Under the pieces are notes generated by a model, which saw only the letters and a program-made list of their open reading frames with translations, had not been told where the DNA came from and ran no database searches. The translations under genes and the position numbers were made by a program. 64,000 bases of DNA, from the NCBI GenBank assembly GCA_035325995.1, contig DAOKYU010000004.1, positions 1,322 through 65,321 of the forward strand. The letters are read 5' to 3'. The DNA comes from Thermodesulfobacteriota bacterium (GTDB taxonomy: Bacteria; Desulfobacterota_D; UBA1144; Nemesobacterales; UBA2774). Of the stretch, positions 18,447 to 27,119 are shown piece after piece (the first letter of the stretch is position 1; each line of letters opens with the position of its first letter).

Positions 18447-19880
18447 ATGCCGAAAGAGTTCGGATATCTCGTAAACGGAAAGTGGGAGACGGGGGAGAAG
18501 AAACGGGAGATAAAGAGCCCGTACAACGGGGATGTCGCCGGCGTTATAAACATTCCGGCGAAGGAAAGAGCGCTCGAAGCGATAGGCTACGCCGAGGAGG
18601 CGTTCCGGAAGTTCAGGACGAGCCCGAGCCACGAGCGGAGGAGGATACTGAGAAACATCGCCGACGGCATCGAAAAGAGGAAGGAGGAGTTCGCGAGGAC
18701 CCTCGTCCTCGAAGGCGGAAAGCCGCTCAAGACGGCGCGCGTCGAGGCGGGGCGCGGGACGGCGACATTCTCCGCCGCGGCGGACGAGGCGGGGAGGTTC
18801 GGCGAGGGGGAGCTCGTGCCGATGGACCTTATCCCCGGGACGGAGGGGATGTTCGGGATGGCGAGGCGGTTTCCGCTGGGCGTCGTCGCGGGGATATCGC
18901 CGTTTAACTTTCCGCTTAACCTAGTGGCGCATAAGGTCGCCCCGGCCACTGCGTCGGGGAACGTTATGATACTTAAGCCCGCGTCGCAGACGCCTCTTTC
19001 GGCGCTCATGCTCGGCGAGGTCGCGATCGAGGCCGGGCTCCCGGCGGGCGTCCTCAACATACTGCCGCTTCCGGGCGGGGACATAGAGCCCGTGCTCGAA
19101 GACGGGCGGATAAGGAAGATATCGTTCACCGGCAGCGACGAGATAGGCTGGGAGCTCATGAAGAAGTTCTCGAAGAAGAAGGTTACTCTCGAGCTCGGCG
19201 GGAACGCCGCTACTGTCATAGACGAGGACCCGCCGGACGTCGCGTTCGCGGCGTCGAGGAACGCGTGGGGGGCCTTTTACCAGGCGGGGCAGAGCTGCAT
19301 ATCCGTCCAGAGGATGTACATCCACGAGAAGGCGTTCGACGGGTTTTTGGAGAGGTTCGTCGAGGAGACCAGGAAGCTCAGGACCGGGGACCCGATGCTC
19401 GAAGACACGGACGTCGGCCCCGTCATAGATACGGGCGCCGCCGACAGGATAATGGAGTGGATAGAAGAGGCCGTCGAAAGCGGCGGGAAAATACTCACGG
19501 GTGGCGAGAGGGACGGGAACATCATACAGCCCACGGTGCTCGTGGACGTGCCGCCCGGCTGCAGGGTCGTCCGGGAAGAGGTGTTCGGGCCCGTGGTGTG
19601 CGCCGAGAGGTATAGCGATTTCGACGACGTGCTGGCGAAGGTGAACGATTCGCGCTACGGGCTCCAGGCCGGCATATTCACGAAGGATATCAAGAAAGCA
19701 TTCAAGGCTTATTCCACCCTCGAAGTAGGAGGCGTAATCGTGAACGACTATCCGAGCTTCAGGGTGGAGAACATGCCCTACGGCGGCGTAAAGGATTCGG
19801 GCGTCGGGAGGGAAGGCCTCCGCTATGCCATCGAAGAGATGACCGAGCTTAAGCTCCTGGCGGTGAATCTCAACTATTAG
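18447..19880 (+). CDS. NAD(P)-dependent aldehyde dehydrogenase, GapN / lactaldehyde-dehydrogenase (CofA-like) subgroup
   Basis: Start taken at ATG 18447 (MPKEFGYLVNGKW). ISPFNFPLNLVAHKVAPA, ELGGNA, catalytic GQSCIS and the C-terminal NMPYGGVKDSGVGREG. Confidence 0.85.
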   Translation: MPKEFGYLVNGKWETGEKKREIKSPYNGDVAGVINIPAKERALEAIGYAEEAFRKFRTSPSHERRRILRNIADGIEKRKEEFARTLVLEGGKPLKTARVEAGRGTATFSAAADEAGRFGEGELVPMDLIPGTEGMFGMARRFPLGVVAGISPFNFPLNLVAHKVAPATASGNVMILKPASQTPLSALMLGEVAIEAGLPAGVLNILPLPGGDIEPVLEDGRIRKISFTGSDEIGWELMKKFSKKKVTLELGGNAATVIDEDPPDVAFAASRNAWGAFYQAGQSCISVQRMYIHEKAFDGFLERFVEETRKLRTGDPMLEDTDVGPVIDTGAADRIMEWIEEAVESGGKILTGGERDGNIIQPTVLVDVPPGCRVVREEVFGPVVCAERYSDFDDVLAKVNDSRYGLQAGIFTKDIKKAFKAYSTLEVGGVIVNDYPSFRVENMPYGGVKDSGVGREGLRYAIEEMTELKLLAVNLNY

Positions 19881-19901
19881 CTCGCGGCGGGCGGGTTGTT
19901 T

Positions 19902-20555
19902 TCAGCCCGTGACTTTATCCACGAGGCCCATGCGGGAGAGGAGCCTCCCGGTGACCGTATCGCTCTCGACGGAGAGGAACTCGCGGAGGTCTTCGGGGTG
20001 GTCGATGTCGAGCGCTATCCGGGGGTTCTCGAAGGACTCGACACGCACCCCGCGCCCGGCTGCTTCGTTCTTATGCTTCCGGAAGCTGTCGTCCCCGAAC
20101 CTGGACGGGAAGGCGTCGGGCGGGTTCCTGAGTATGGCGTTAGTCCCCATGAAGTCCCTTGCGGGCACCAGTACGGCCGAAGGCGGCGGGAGCTCCCTTT
20201 CGAGGACGGCGTCTATGTCGTATGCCGTGATCAGCGGGGCGTCGCCGGGGATTACGAGGACCGATGAGGCTCCCATTTCCTTACACCTGAGCGACGCCTC
20301 GTCCACGGAAGCGCTCTCGCCCTTTTGCTCGGTTTCTTCGAGCACCTCCATGCCGAGTCCGCGCGCTATCTCGGCCGCGCGTTTATCCATCGTCACGATG
20401 AGCTTTTTGTCCGGAAGCCGCGCCGCGGCGAGAGCCGTCAGCACGTCCTCCAGCATGGCGTAGGCGATGTCCGTCCTCACGTCCTGGGGCAGGAGCGACG
20501 AGAGCCTGTTCTTCGCGTGCGACAGATCTTTTACAGGGACTATGACGAATTTCAT
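19902..20555 (-). CDS. cofC: 2-phospho-L-lactate (or PEP/3PG) guanylyltransferase, F420 biosynthesis
   Basis: Start at ATG 20555 (MKFVIVPVKDLSHAKNRLSSLL). Further motifs VLVIPGDAPL, GTNAIL, GDDSFRKH and LDIDHPEDL follow the CofC/FbiD pattern. Confidence 0.75.
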   Translation of the reverse strand: MKFVIVPVKDLSHAKNRLSSLLPQDVRTDIAYAMLEDVLTALAAARLPDKKLIVTMDKRAAEIARGLGMEVLEETEQKGESASVDEASLRCKEMGASSVLVIPGDAPLITAYDIDAVLERELPPPSAVLVPARDFMGTNAILRNPPDAFPSRFGDDSFRKHKNEAAGRGVRVESFENPRIALDIDHPEDLREFLSVESDTVTGRLLSRMGLVDKVTG

Positions 20556-20707
20556 GAGCCTGTCCGTTGCCGGACGGGATGTTAAAAGCACCTTGCTCCC
20601 CCCGGCCGGAACCACGTTATGATACCAGTATTTGAGAGAAGTCTGTAATGAAAAACTGGACGCGAGCCATGCTCCCCTGAAATCAAAGGGCGGCGATTAG
20701 CTAAAAT

Positions 20708-23629
20708 GTGTACGCTCAAGTTATACTAGACGGAAGGACGCCGCCGATGCCCGACCCGAACGCACGAACAGAGCTGGAAAAGGAGCTCGCAGGAGAGCTC
20801 GAATGCGAGATACGATTCGACAGGCTGAGCAGGATTCTCTACAGCACCGACGCGAGCAATTACCAGATAGAGCCTGTGGGCGTTGTCGTACCCAGGAGCG
20901 CCGAAGACATATCGAAGGCCGTGGGATGCGCGGCGAAGTACGGGATACCGATACTGCCGCGGGGCGGCGGGACCAGCCTCGCCGGGCAGGCCGTCGGGAA
21001 GGCGCTCGTCCTCGACTTCTCTAAATATCTCAACAAGATCATCGAAATCGACGCCGGGGCGGGAACCGTGCGCGTCGAGCCGGGGATTTACCTGGAAAAT
21101 CTCAACCGGGGCATCGCGCACACGGGGCTCATGTTCGGCCCGGATCCCTCGACGGCGAGGATAGCGACAGCCGGCGGGGCTATCGGGAATAACTCCACGG
21201 GGGCGCATTCGATCCTTTACGGCATGGCGGGGGATAACGTCGAGGCGGCGAGGGTGATTCTCCCGGGCGGAGGCGAAGCGAGGCTCAGCGCGTTCACGAA
21301 TGGAAAGGCATCGACACAGGGCGGGGCGGAGGGAGAGCTTTTCTCCAGGCTCGCGCGGATCAAGAAGGAATTCGGCGGGATCATAGAGACGGAATTCCCG
21401 AAGCACTGGCGTAGGGCGTCCGGCTACAGCCTGAATTATTTTCTCGAAGAGCCGTTCAACCCGGCAAGGCTCCTGGCAGGGTCGGAAGGGACGCTCGGCA
21501 TCGCTTCGGAGCTTACCTTGAAGCTCGTCCCGAGGCCGAAGCACACGCGCCTCGCCGTCCTCGAATTCGGGAGCGTCGTCCCGGCCATGGAGGCCGTAAC
21601 GCCCATACTCATGCGCGGGCCGTCCGCCGTCGAGCTTATCGATTCGATGATCATAGGGCTCGCCCGGAAGCTGCCGGGGCTGGGACGCAGGCTGACGTTT
21701 ACCGGCGAAGACCCCGAGGCACTTCTGGTCGTCGAGTTCTACGGCGAGACGGAGGACGAGGCGGAAAAGAAGACGCGCGGGCTCGCGGCGTTTCTGAGGC
21801 AGAAGCAAATTGACTGTGCGGTAAGGTACGCCGATACGCCCGGGGAGCAGGCGGACGTGTGGGCCATACGCCGCGCCGGGCTGGGGATACTCCTCAGCAG
21901 GCGCGGGGATTATAAGCCCATACCGTGTATCGAGGACGTATCCGTGCCCGCCGCGCGCCTCGCGGAATATGTAGCGGACGTGACGGAATTGATAGGAAGG
22001 TTCAGCACGAAGGCGGGGTTCTACGGGCACGCGAGCGCGGGCTGCCTTCACGTGAGGCCGCTCGTGAACCTGAAAACCGGGGGCGGGGTCACAGCCATGA
22101 AGGAGCTCATGGACGGGGCGTTCGGGCTCGCCGTAAAGTACGGCGGCGTAATGAGCGGCGAGCACGGGGACGGGCTCCAGAGAAGTTATCTTAACGAGAG
22201 GCTTTTCGGGCCCGGGCTCTACCGTGCAATGCGCGAGCTGAAGGAGGCCTTCGACCCGCGCGGGCTGATGAACCCGGGGAAGGTAGTCGGCCCCGCGCCT
22301 CCGGACGAGGATTTGCGATTCGGTGAAGGGTACCGTCCGTATGAAATAAGGACTTACCTCGACTGGTCGTCCGACGAGGGATTTGCCGGAGCGGCCGAGA
22401 TGTGCAGCGGGCAGGGCGTTTGCAGGAAGCTGGGCGAGGGGATAATGTGCCCGTCCTACATGGCGACGCGTGACGAGAGGGACACGACGAGGGCGAGGGC
22501 GAACGCCTTGAGGGCGGTTCTTTCGGGGAGGGCCGGGAAGGAATTCCTCACTGGGAGCGAGATGCGGGAGACGTTCGACCTCTGCATTTCGTGCAAGGCG
22601 TGCAAGAGCGAGTGCCCCTCGGCCGTAGACGCGGCGAAGATGAAGAGCGAGCTCCTCGCGCACTATCACGACGTCCACGGCCTTCCGCTGAGGGACCGCT
22701 TGTTCGGGAACATACACGCCCTCAGCAGGGCGGCCGCCGTTTTCCCCGCGCTTTCGAACGCTGTTATGGGGAGCGGGGCGGGCAGGAGCATATTGTCGCG
22801 CATAGGCATAAGCGGGGAAAGGACCTTGCCCGCGCTATCCGGGGAGAGCTTTACGGAGTGGTTCCGGAAGAGGCCCCGGAAGGCGCGCGTCACGCATGCG
22901 GGGAAGGTGCTTTATTTCCACGATACGTGGGTGAGCTACTACCAGCCCGAGATAGGGAAGGCCGCGGTCAGGCTGCTTGAAGCCGCCGGGTTCGAGGTTA
23001 TTCTCGCGGAGAGGCGGGTATGCTGCGGGCGGCCGATGATAAGCAAGGGCATGCTGAGGGAGGCGAAGCGCAGCGCGCGGGCAAACGCTGAGCTCCTCGC
23101 CGGGTATGCGAGGGAGGGCATTCCCGTCGTCGGGACGGAGCCGAGCTGCATGCTGACGTTCAGGGACGAGTACCCGGACCTCCTCCCGGGGAACGGGGCC
23201 GCCGCCCTTCTTTCGAAGAATTCGTATCTCCTAGACGAATTCCTGTTCGGCGAGGGAGCGGATATCATGAGCGTCATCAAGTGGAAACCGGGGAAAAAGA
23301 ACGTTCTTTATCATGGCCACTGCCACCAGAGGGCTCTTATCGGGATGGGAGCGCCCGTGGGACTGCTGAAGACGGCTGGCTGCGGCGTAACGGAGACGAA
23401 TGCCGGGTGCTGCGGGATGGCCGGGAGCTTCGGATACGAGAGCGAGCACTACGCCGTCTCCCGGGCGATAGGCGAGGACCGCCTGTTCCCGGCCGTGAGG
23501 AATGCGCCGGACGATACGGTCATAGCCATATCGGGGGTTTCGTGCCTCCACCAGATTGAGCACTTCACGGGCCGGCGCGTAAAGCACGTAGCCGAGGTGC
23601 TGGCGGACAGGCTGGACGAGGAAGATTAG
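20708..23629 (+). CDS. Fused FAD-binding (GlcD-like) and Fe-S/CCG (GlcF-like) oxidoreductase, D-lactate/glycolate dehydrogenase-like
   Basis: 973 aa. N-terminal FAD_binding_4 segment (PRGGGTSLAGQ). A central CxxCxxCxxxCP cluster (CISCKACKSECP). C-terminal Cys-rich CCG-type repeats (CCG near RVCCGRP and CCGMAGSFG). The track ORF opens at GTG 20708; the first in-frame ATG at 20747 is the alternative start. Confidence 0.85.
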   Translation: MYAQVILDGRTPPMPDPNARTELEKELAGELECEIRFDRLSRILYSTDASNYQIEPVGVVVPRSAEDISKAVGCAAKYGIPILPRGGGTSLAGQAVGKALVLDFSKYLNKIIEIDAGAGTVRVEPGIYLENLNRGIAHTGLMFGPDPSTARIATAGGAIGNNSTGAHSILYGMAGDNVEAARVILPGGGEARLSAFTNGKASTQGGAEGELFSRLARIKKEFGGIIETEFPKHWRRASGYSLNYFLEEPFNPARLLAGSEGTLGIASELTLKLVPRPKHTRLAVLEFGSVVPAMEAVTPILMRGPSAVELIDSMIIGLARKLPGLGRRLTFTGEDPEALLVVEFYGETEDEAEKKTRGLAAFLRQKQIDCAVRYADTPGEQADVWAIRRAGLGILLSRRGDYKPIPCIEDVSVPAARLAEYVADVTELIGRFSTKAGFYGHASAGCLHVRPLVNLKTGGGVTAMKELMDGAFGLAVKYGGVMSGEHGDGLQRSYLNERLFGPGLYRAMRELKEAFDPRGLMNPGKVVGPAPPDEDLRFGEGYRPYEIRTYLDWSSDEGFAGAAEMCSGQGVCRKLGEGIMCPSYMATRDERDTTRARANALRAVLSGRAGKEFLTGSEMRETFDLCISCKACKSECPSAVDAAKMKSELLAHYHDVHGLPLRDRLFGNIHALSRAAAVFPALSNAVMGSGAGRSILSRIGISGERTLPALSGESFTEWFRKRPRKARVTHAGKVLYFHDTWVSYYQPEIGKAAVRLLEAAGFEVILAERRVCCGRPMISKGMLREAKRSARANAELLAGYAREGIPVVGTEPSCMLTFRDEYPDLLPGNGAAALLSKNSYLLDEFLFGEGADIMSVIKWKPGKKNVLYHGHCHQRALIGMGAPVGLLKTAGCGVTETNAGCCGMAGSFGYESEHYAVSRAIGEDRLFPAVRNAPDDTVIAISGVSCLHQIEHFTGRRVKHVAEVLADRLDEED

Positions 23630-23632
23630 AGG

Positions 23633-24892
23633 CTATAACTCGGAATCGGGAAAAGGAATCCCGTCCTTTTTGTAGAGCACCCTGCCCGCCGTCATGACCA
23701 TTCCCACACCGGCGGACGAAGACGATATCACGGACATGTAGGGGTCCCTGAAACTCCCCGGCGTGTCGATATAGAGGAGGTCGGCCTCTTTACCCGGGTC
23801 GATGCTGCCGGTTTTGTCTTCGAGGTAGAGCGCCCCCGCGCCGCCGAGCGTGGCCGCGTGAACGGACTTCCGCGCCGCCTTTTCGCCCATGACCTGGGAC
23901 ATTAGGAGGTGAAACGCGCGGAGCTCCTCGAAGAAGTCGAGGTTGTAATTCGTCGAGAGGCTGTCCGTCCCGATGCCGAGCCTCTCCATGCCGGAATAGT
24001 GTACGAACGGCGGCGCCCCCACCTGGAGGAAGAGGTTACTTCTCGGGCAGAGGACTATTCCCAGGCCGCGCCGCGATATTTCCGCGGCCTCGTCCTTCCC
24101 GGCCCTGACCATGTGTACGAGGGTTATCCTGTCGCCCCCGGAAAGCCCCATTTTTGAGAAGTACTCGTAAGGGCTTTTCGCCTCGGGCCTTTCGAAGGAT
24201 TCTTTCCCGATGAGCGGGAATATCTTCCCCTCAATCTCGTTGGCGCAGCATCTTACGAATTCGACCTCGTCCGGGCTTTCGGCCAGATGGATGCCGAACG
24301 GGACGCCGTCCTTGTGATGGGCGCGGAAGACTTTACGGAGAAGCCTCGGGCTGCAGGAATAGGGGGCGTGCGGGAAGGGCCTCTCTTCGACGAGCCCGTC
24401 CCCGGGCCCGAAGTTAAAATCCGCCCTGTGCTCGGTGCTGTCCGTAATCTCCCGGAAGAGGACGGTTCTTAGACCGGACTCTTCGAGTATCGGCTTGTCG
24501 AGGCCGCCGTAGGAGGATATCTCGCCGACCGTCGTCACCCCGGACGAGACGAGGTTCTTTACGCCCTCGGATACGGAGGCGGCTATCGTTTCTTCGAGTA
24601 CGGGCGCTCCCTTGGAGACAATAAGCTGCTGGAGCCATCCCGTAAAGCCCGTGAAGGCCCCGATCTCGGACTGAGTCCAGCCGAGCTCGAGGTGCGTGTG
24701 GCCGTTTACGAATCCCGGAAGGAGTATGCCCTTTCCAAGCTTTATTTCGGGTATCCCGGCGTATTTTTTCAGAAGGGCCCTGGTTTTTGCGACTTCCCCG
24801 ATTTTCCCGTCCGAGACGAGGACGGAAGCGTCTGCAAGCGGTTTCGATGAAACGGGAAGCACGGTCCCCGCGGAGAGTATAAAAGTCTTCAT
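23633..24892 (-). CDS. Amidohydrolase-superfamily deaminase/chlorohydrolase-like protein
   Basis: 419 aa. Metal-binding GFVNGHTHLELG near the N-terminus and HLAES later on, the typical subtype-III amidohydrolase layout. Confidence 0.75.
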   Translation of the reverse strand: MKTFILSAGTVLPVSSKPLADASVLVSDGKIGEVAKTRALLKKYAGIPEIKLGKGILLPGFVNGHTHLELGWTQSEIGAFTGFTGWLQQLIVSKGAPVLEETIAASVSEGVKNLVSSGVTTVGEISSYGGLDKPILEESGLRTVLFREITDSTEHRADFNFGPGDGLVEERPFPHAPYSCSPRLLRKVFRAHHKDGVPFGIHLAESPDEVEFVRCCANEIEGKIFPLIGKESFERPEAKSPYEYFSKMGLSGGDRITLVHMVRAGKDEAAEISRRGLGIVLCPRSNLFLQVGAPPFVHYSGMERLGIGTDSLSTNYNLDFFEELRAFHLLMSQVMGEKAARKSVHAATLGGAGALYLEDKTGSIDPGKEADLLYIDTPGSFRDPYMSVISSSSAGVGMVMTAGRVLYKKDGIPFPDSEL

Positions 24893-24947
24893 TAGAGCGA
24901 TTCAGCCGGCCGCCGGCCGGGAATAAAATATTCGAATTACAGTTTCG

Positions 24948-25820
24948 TCATTCGGTGGGGAGCGATTTTATCCTGTCGAGAAGGTCGCGGCTGAGCGTGC
25001 CGGACGTGACCTCTTCGACTGCGCCCCTCATCTTTATAGTCCAGTCCTCCCTTATCTCGATGTCGAGCTCGCCGCCCGGCATGGAGACCTTCACCTTCCT
25101 GACCGTAAGGCCGTTCTTTACGCATGCCGCCGCCACGGCGCAGGAGCTGCTACCCGAGGCCAGCGTGTATCCCGCCCCCCTTTCCCATATGAGTATAGAA
25201 ACATTTTCCGGGGAGAGGACCTTTGCGAACTGGACGTTTATCCTGTTGGGGAATAGCTCGTGGTTTTCGAGTAGGGGGCCGAGCTTTCGCGTAAAGCCCT
25301 CGTCGAGCTCGTCAACGAATACGACGCAGTGAGGGTTCCCGACCGAGACGGCCGTGATCCTCGCTATCTCGCCGTTGACCCTGATTTCCTCGTCGACCAC
25401 TTCCCTCTCTTCGCCCGCGACCGGTATATCGGCGCTGTTGAAGACGGCCCGGCCCATCTCGACCGTGACGAACGGAACCCTGCCGTCTTCGGAGACTTCG
25501 AGCTCCGCCGTTACGACGCCGCCCGGGGTGTCGATGTCGAACGTTTTTCTTTGTGTGTGGCCGTGCTCGTAGAGGTATTTGGCGAATATCCTGAGGCCGT
25601 TGCCGCTCTTTTCGGCCTCGCTCCCGTCGGGGTTCAGTATGCGGAGCCCGAAATCGGCCTTATCGGACGGCGTGAGAAGGAGTATGCCGTCCGAGCCGAC
25701 GCCGTAGTTCCTGTCGCAGAGGAGCCTCGTCACGCCGGGCGTAACCGAGAACGAGAGGGCCGAGGAGTCGAGCACGAAGTAGTCGTTACCGAGGCCGTGT
25801 GATTTTACGAATTCGTCCAT
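24948..25820 (-). CDS. dapF: Diaminopimelate epimerase
   Basis: HGLGNDYFVLD, GSDGILL, GNPHCVVFVD, and a second catalytic Cys region GSSSCAVA. Confidence 0.9.
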   Translation of the reverse strand: MDEFVKSHGLGNDYFVLDSSALSFSVTPGVTRLLCDRNYGVGSDGILLLTPSDKADFGLRILNPDGSEAEKSGNGLRIFAKYLYEHGHTQRKTFDIDTPGGVVTAELEVSEDGRVPFVTVEMGRAVFNSADIPVAGEEREVVDEEIRVNGEIARITAVSVGNPHCVVFVDELDEGFTRKLGPLLENHELFPNRINVQFAKVLSPENVSILIWERGAGYTLASGSSSCAVAAACVKNGLTVRKVKVSMPGGELDIEIREDWTIKMRGAVEEVTSGTLSRDLLDRIKSLPTE

Positions 25821-25898
25821 GAAACCTCTTCTTTCCGTTTTTTCTTTAATTTTAACTGATTATCGGGGCCTGGAAGAAGGAGCACGCCCGTCGGCGGG

Positions 25899-26576
25899 TT
25901 ATTCCAGTAAAACCCTGCTTGTAAGCCCCAGCCTTCTCAGCCTGAACGCCGTCCTCTCGGCTTCGCTTTCGTCGGAGAACCGCCCTACCCTGACCCTGAA
26001 ATATTCGCTCCCGCTGAGCTTCACGTTTTCGACGCGGACGTCGTCGTAGTCCGGGTCGAGCTGGCGCTTGAGGAACACCGCGTTCCCCCGGTCGCTGAAA
26101 GAGCCCACCTGGACCGTGTAATGGGGGTCGAAGTAGCTGGTGCTGCGCACGGAGGGTGAGGAAACCACCTCTACCTTCACCTTGACCGTCCCCTTCTGAA
26201 TCATGTCTATCGCCTCGGCCGGCGCGTGGGAGAGGTCTATTATGCGTCCCTTCACGAAGGGGCCCCTGTCGTTTACCTCGACTATGACGTCGCGGCCGTT
26301 TTCGAGGTTGGTGACCCTTACGACCGTGCCCAGGGGGAGTGTCTTGTGGGCCGCGGTATAGGCGTATTTGCTGAAACGCTCGCCGCTGGCGGCGTAGTTA
26401 TTGTGCTCGTCGATGCCGTACCACGACGCTATGCCTATCTGCACGGAGCCTTCTTCGACGACGTAGCCGCCCTCGTCCGGCGATTTGGGCACACGAGCGG
26501 TGTCCACCGATTTTTTTGCGCATGAGAAGGCGACGGGCAGAATCAGTAATAATAGAAGTATTCTATTATTCATCAT
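25899..26576 (-). CDS. rlpA: Septal-ring lytic transglycosylase RlpA (DPBB + SPOR domains)
   Basis: Lipobox VAFSC. DPBB motifs GIASWYG ... TAAHKTLPLGTVVRVTNLENGRDVIVEVNDRGPF. C-terminal SPOR-like segment YTVQVGSF ... FRVRVGRF. Confidence 0.85.
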   Translation of the reverse strand: MMNNRILLLLLILPVAFSCAKKSVDTARVPKSPDEGGYVVEEGSVQIGIASWYGIDEHNNYAASGERFSKYAYTAAHKTLPLGTVVRVTNLENGRDVIVEVNDRGPFVKGRIIDLSHAPAEAIDMIQKGTVKVKVEVVSSPSVRSTSYFDPHYTVQVGSFSDRGNAVFLKRQLDPDYDDVRVENVKLSGSEYFRVRVGRFSDESEAERTAFRLRRLGLTSRVLLE

Positions 26577-26614
26577 TCCTCGGCCCTGAATCCGGAGAGC
26601 CTTAACATCGCCCG

Positions 26615-27010
26615 TTACAGCGTGGAGCTTGGCGTCGAGCCGTCGGGAAAGGAAATGACCTCGATGCTCACCCTCGCCGTGCCCCTGCTGACAATGCCGA
26701 GCATGCTGGCGGCGGCGCGGGAAAGATCGACTATGCGGCTTTTGATGAACGGGCCGCGGTCGTTCACTCTCACGACAACCTCTCTACCGTTCCGTAGATT
26801 CTTCACCTTGATCAAGGTGCCGAATGGAAGGTCTCTGTGAGCGCCGGTGAATTCGTACATGTCGTAAGATTCGCCGCTCGCAGTGGTCTTCCCGTGGAAC
26901 TTGTTTCCGTACCAGGAAGCGTTTCCGTACTGGCGGAACTCCCGCGCTGAAACGTTAGACAAAACCGGGAACAGTAACAACAAAACCGTTAACGTGGCAA
27001 TTTTTATCAT
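26615..27010 (-). CDS. RlpA-like DPBB-domain protein (short paralogue, no SPOR domain)
   Basis: 131 aa. Signal peptide, then GNASWYG ... GAHRDLPFGTLIKVKNLRNGREVVVRVNDRGPF. Confidence 0.75.
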   Translation of the reverse strand: MIKIATLTVLLLLFPVLSNVSAREFRQYGNASWYGNKFHGKTTASGESYDMYEFTGAHRDLPFGTLIKVKNLRNGREVVVRVNDRGPFIKSRIVDLSRAAASMLGIVSRGTARVSIEVISFPDGSTPSSTL

Positions 27011-27066
27011 AAATAACGGCTGTGATAACGCTTAAGTTAGTTTTAAACTATTTTCGCCGACTTTTC

Positions 27067-27094
27067 TTGAGATTGTCAAGGATTCGAATAAAAT
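27067..27094 (+). promoter_or_regulatory. Candidate sigma70-type promoter for the aminotransferase gene
   Basis: TTGAGA (27067-27072), a 16-nt spacer, then TAAAAT (27089-27094), about 25 nt upstream of ATG 27120. Sequence match only. Confidence 0.3.
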
Positions 27095-27119
27095 ACTCCA
27101 AACTGAAAAAGGACCGCGA

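Noticed and set aside
20726-22717. 663-aa ORF on the - strand inside the FAD/Fe-S oxidoreductase gene
   Set aside because: Antisense artefact. It is extremely Arg/Pro-rich with no domain signature, while the + frame has FAD-binding and Fe-S motifs.
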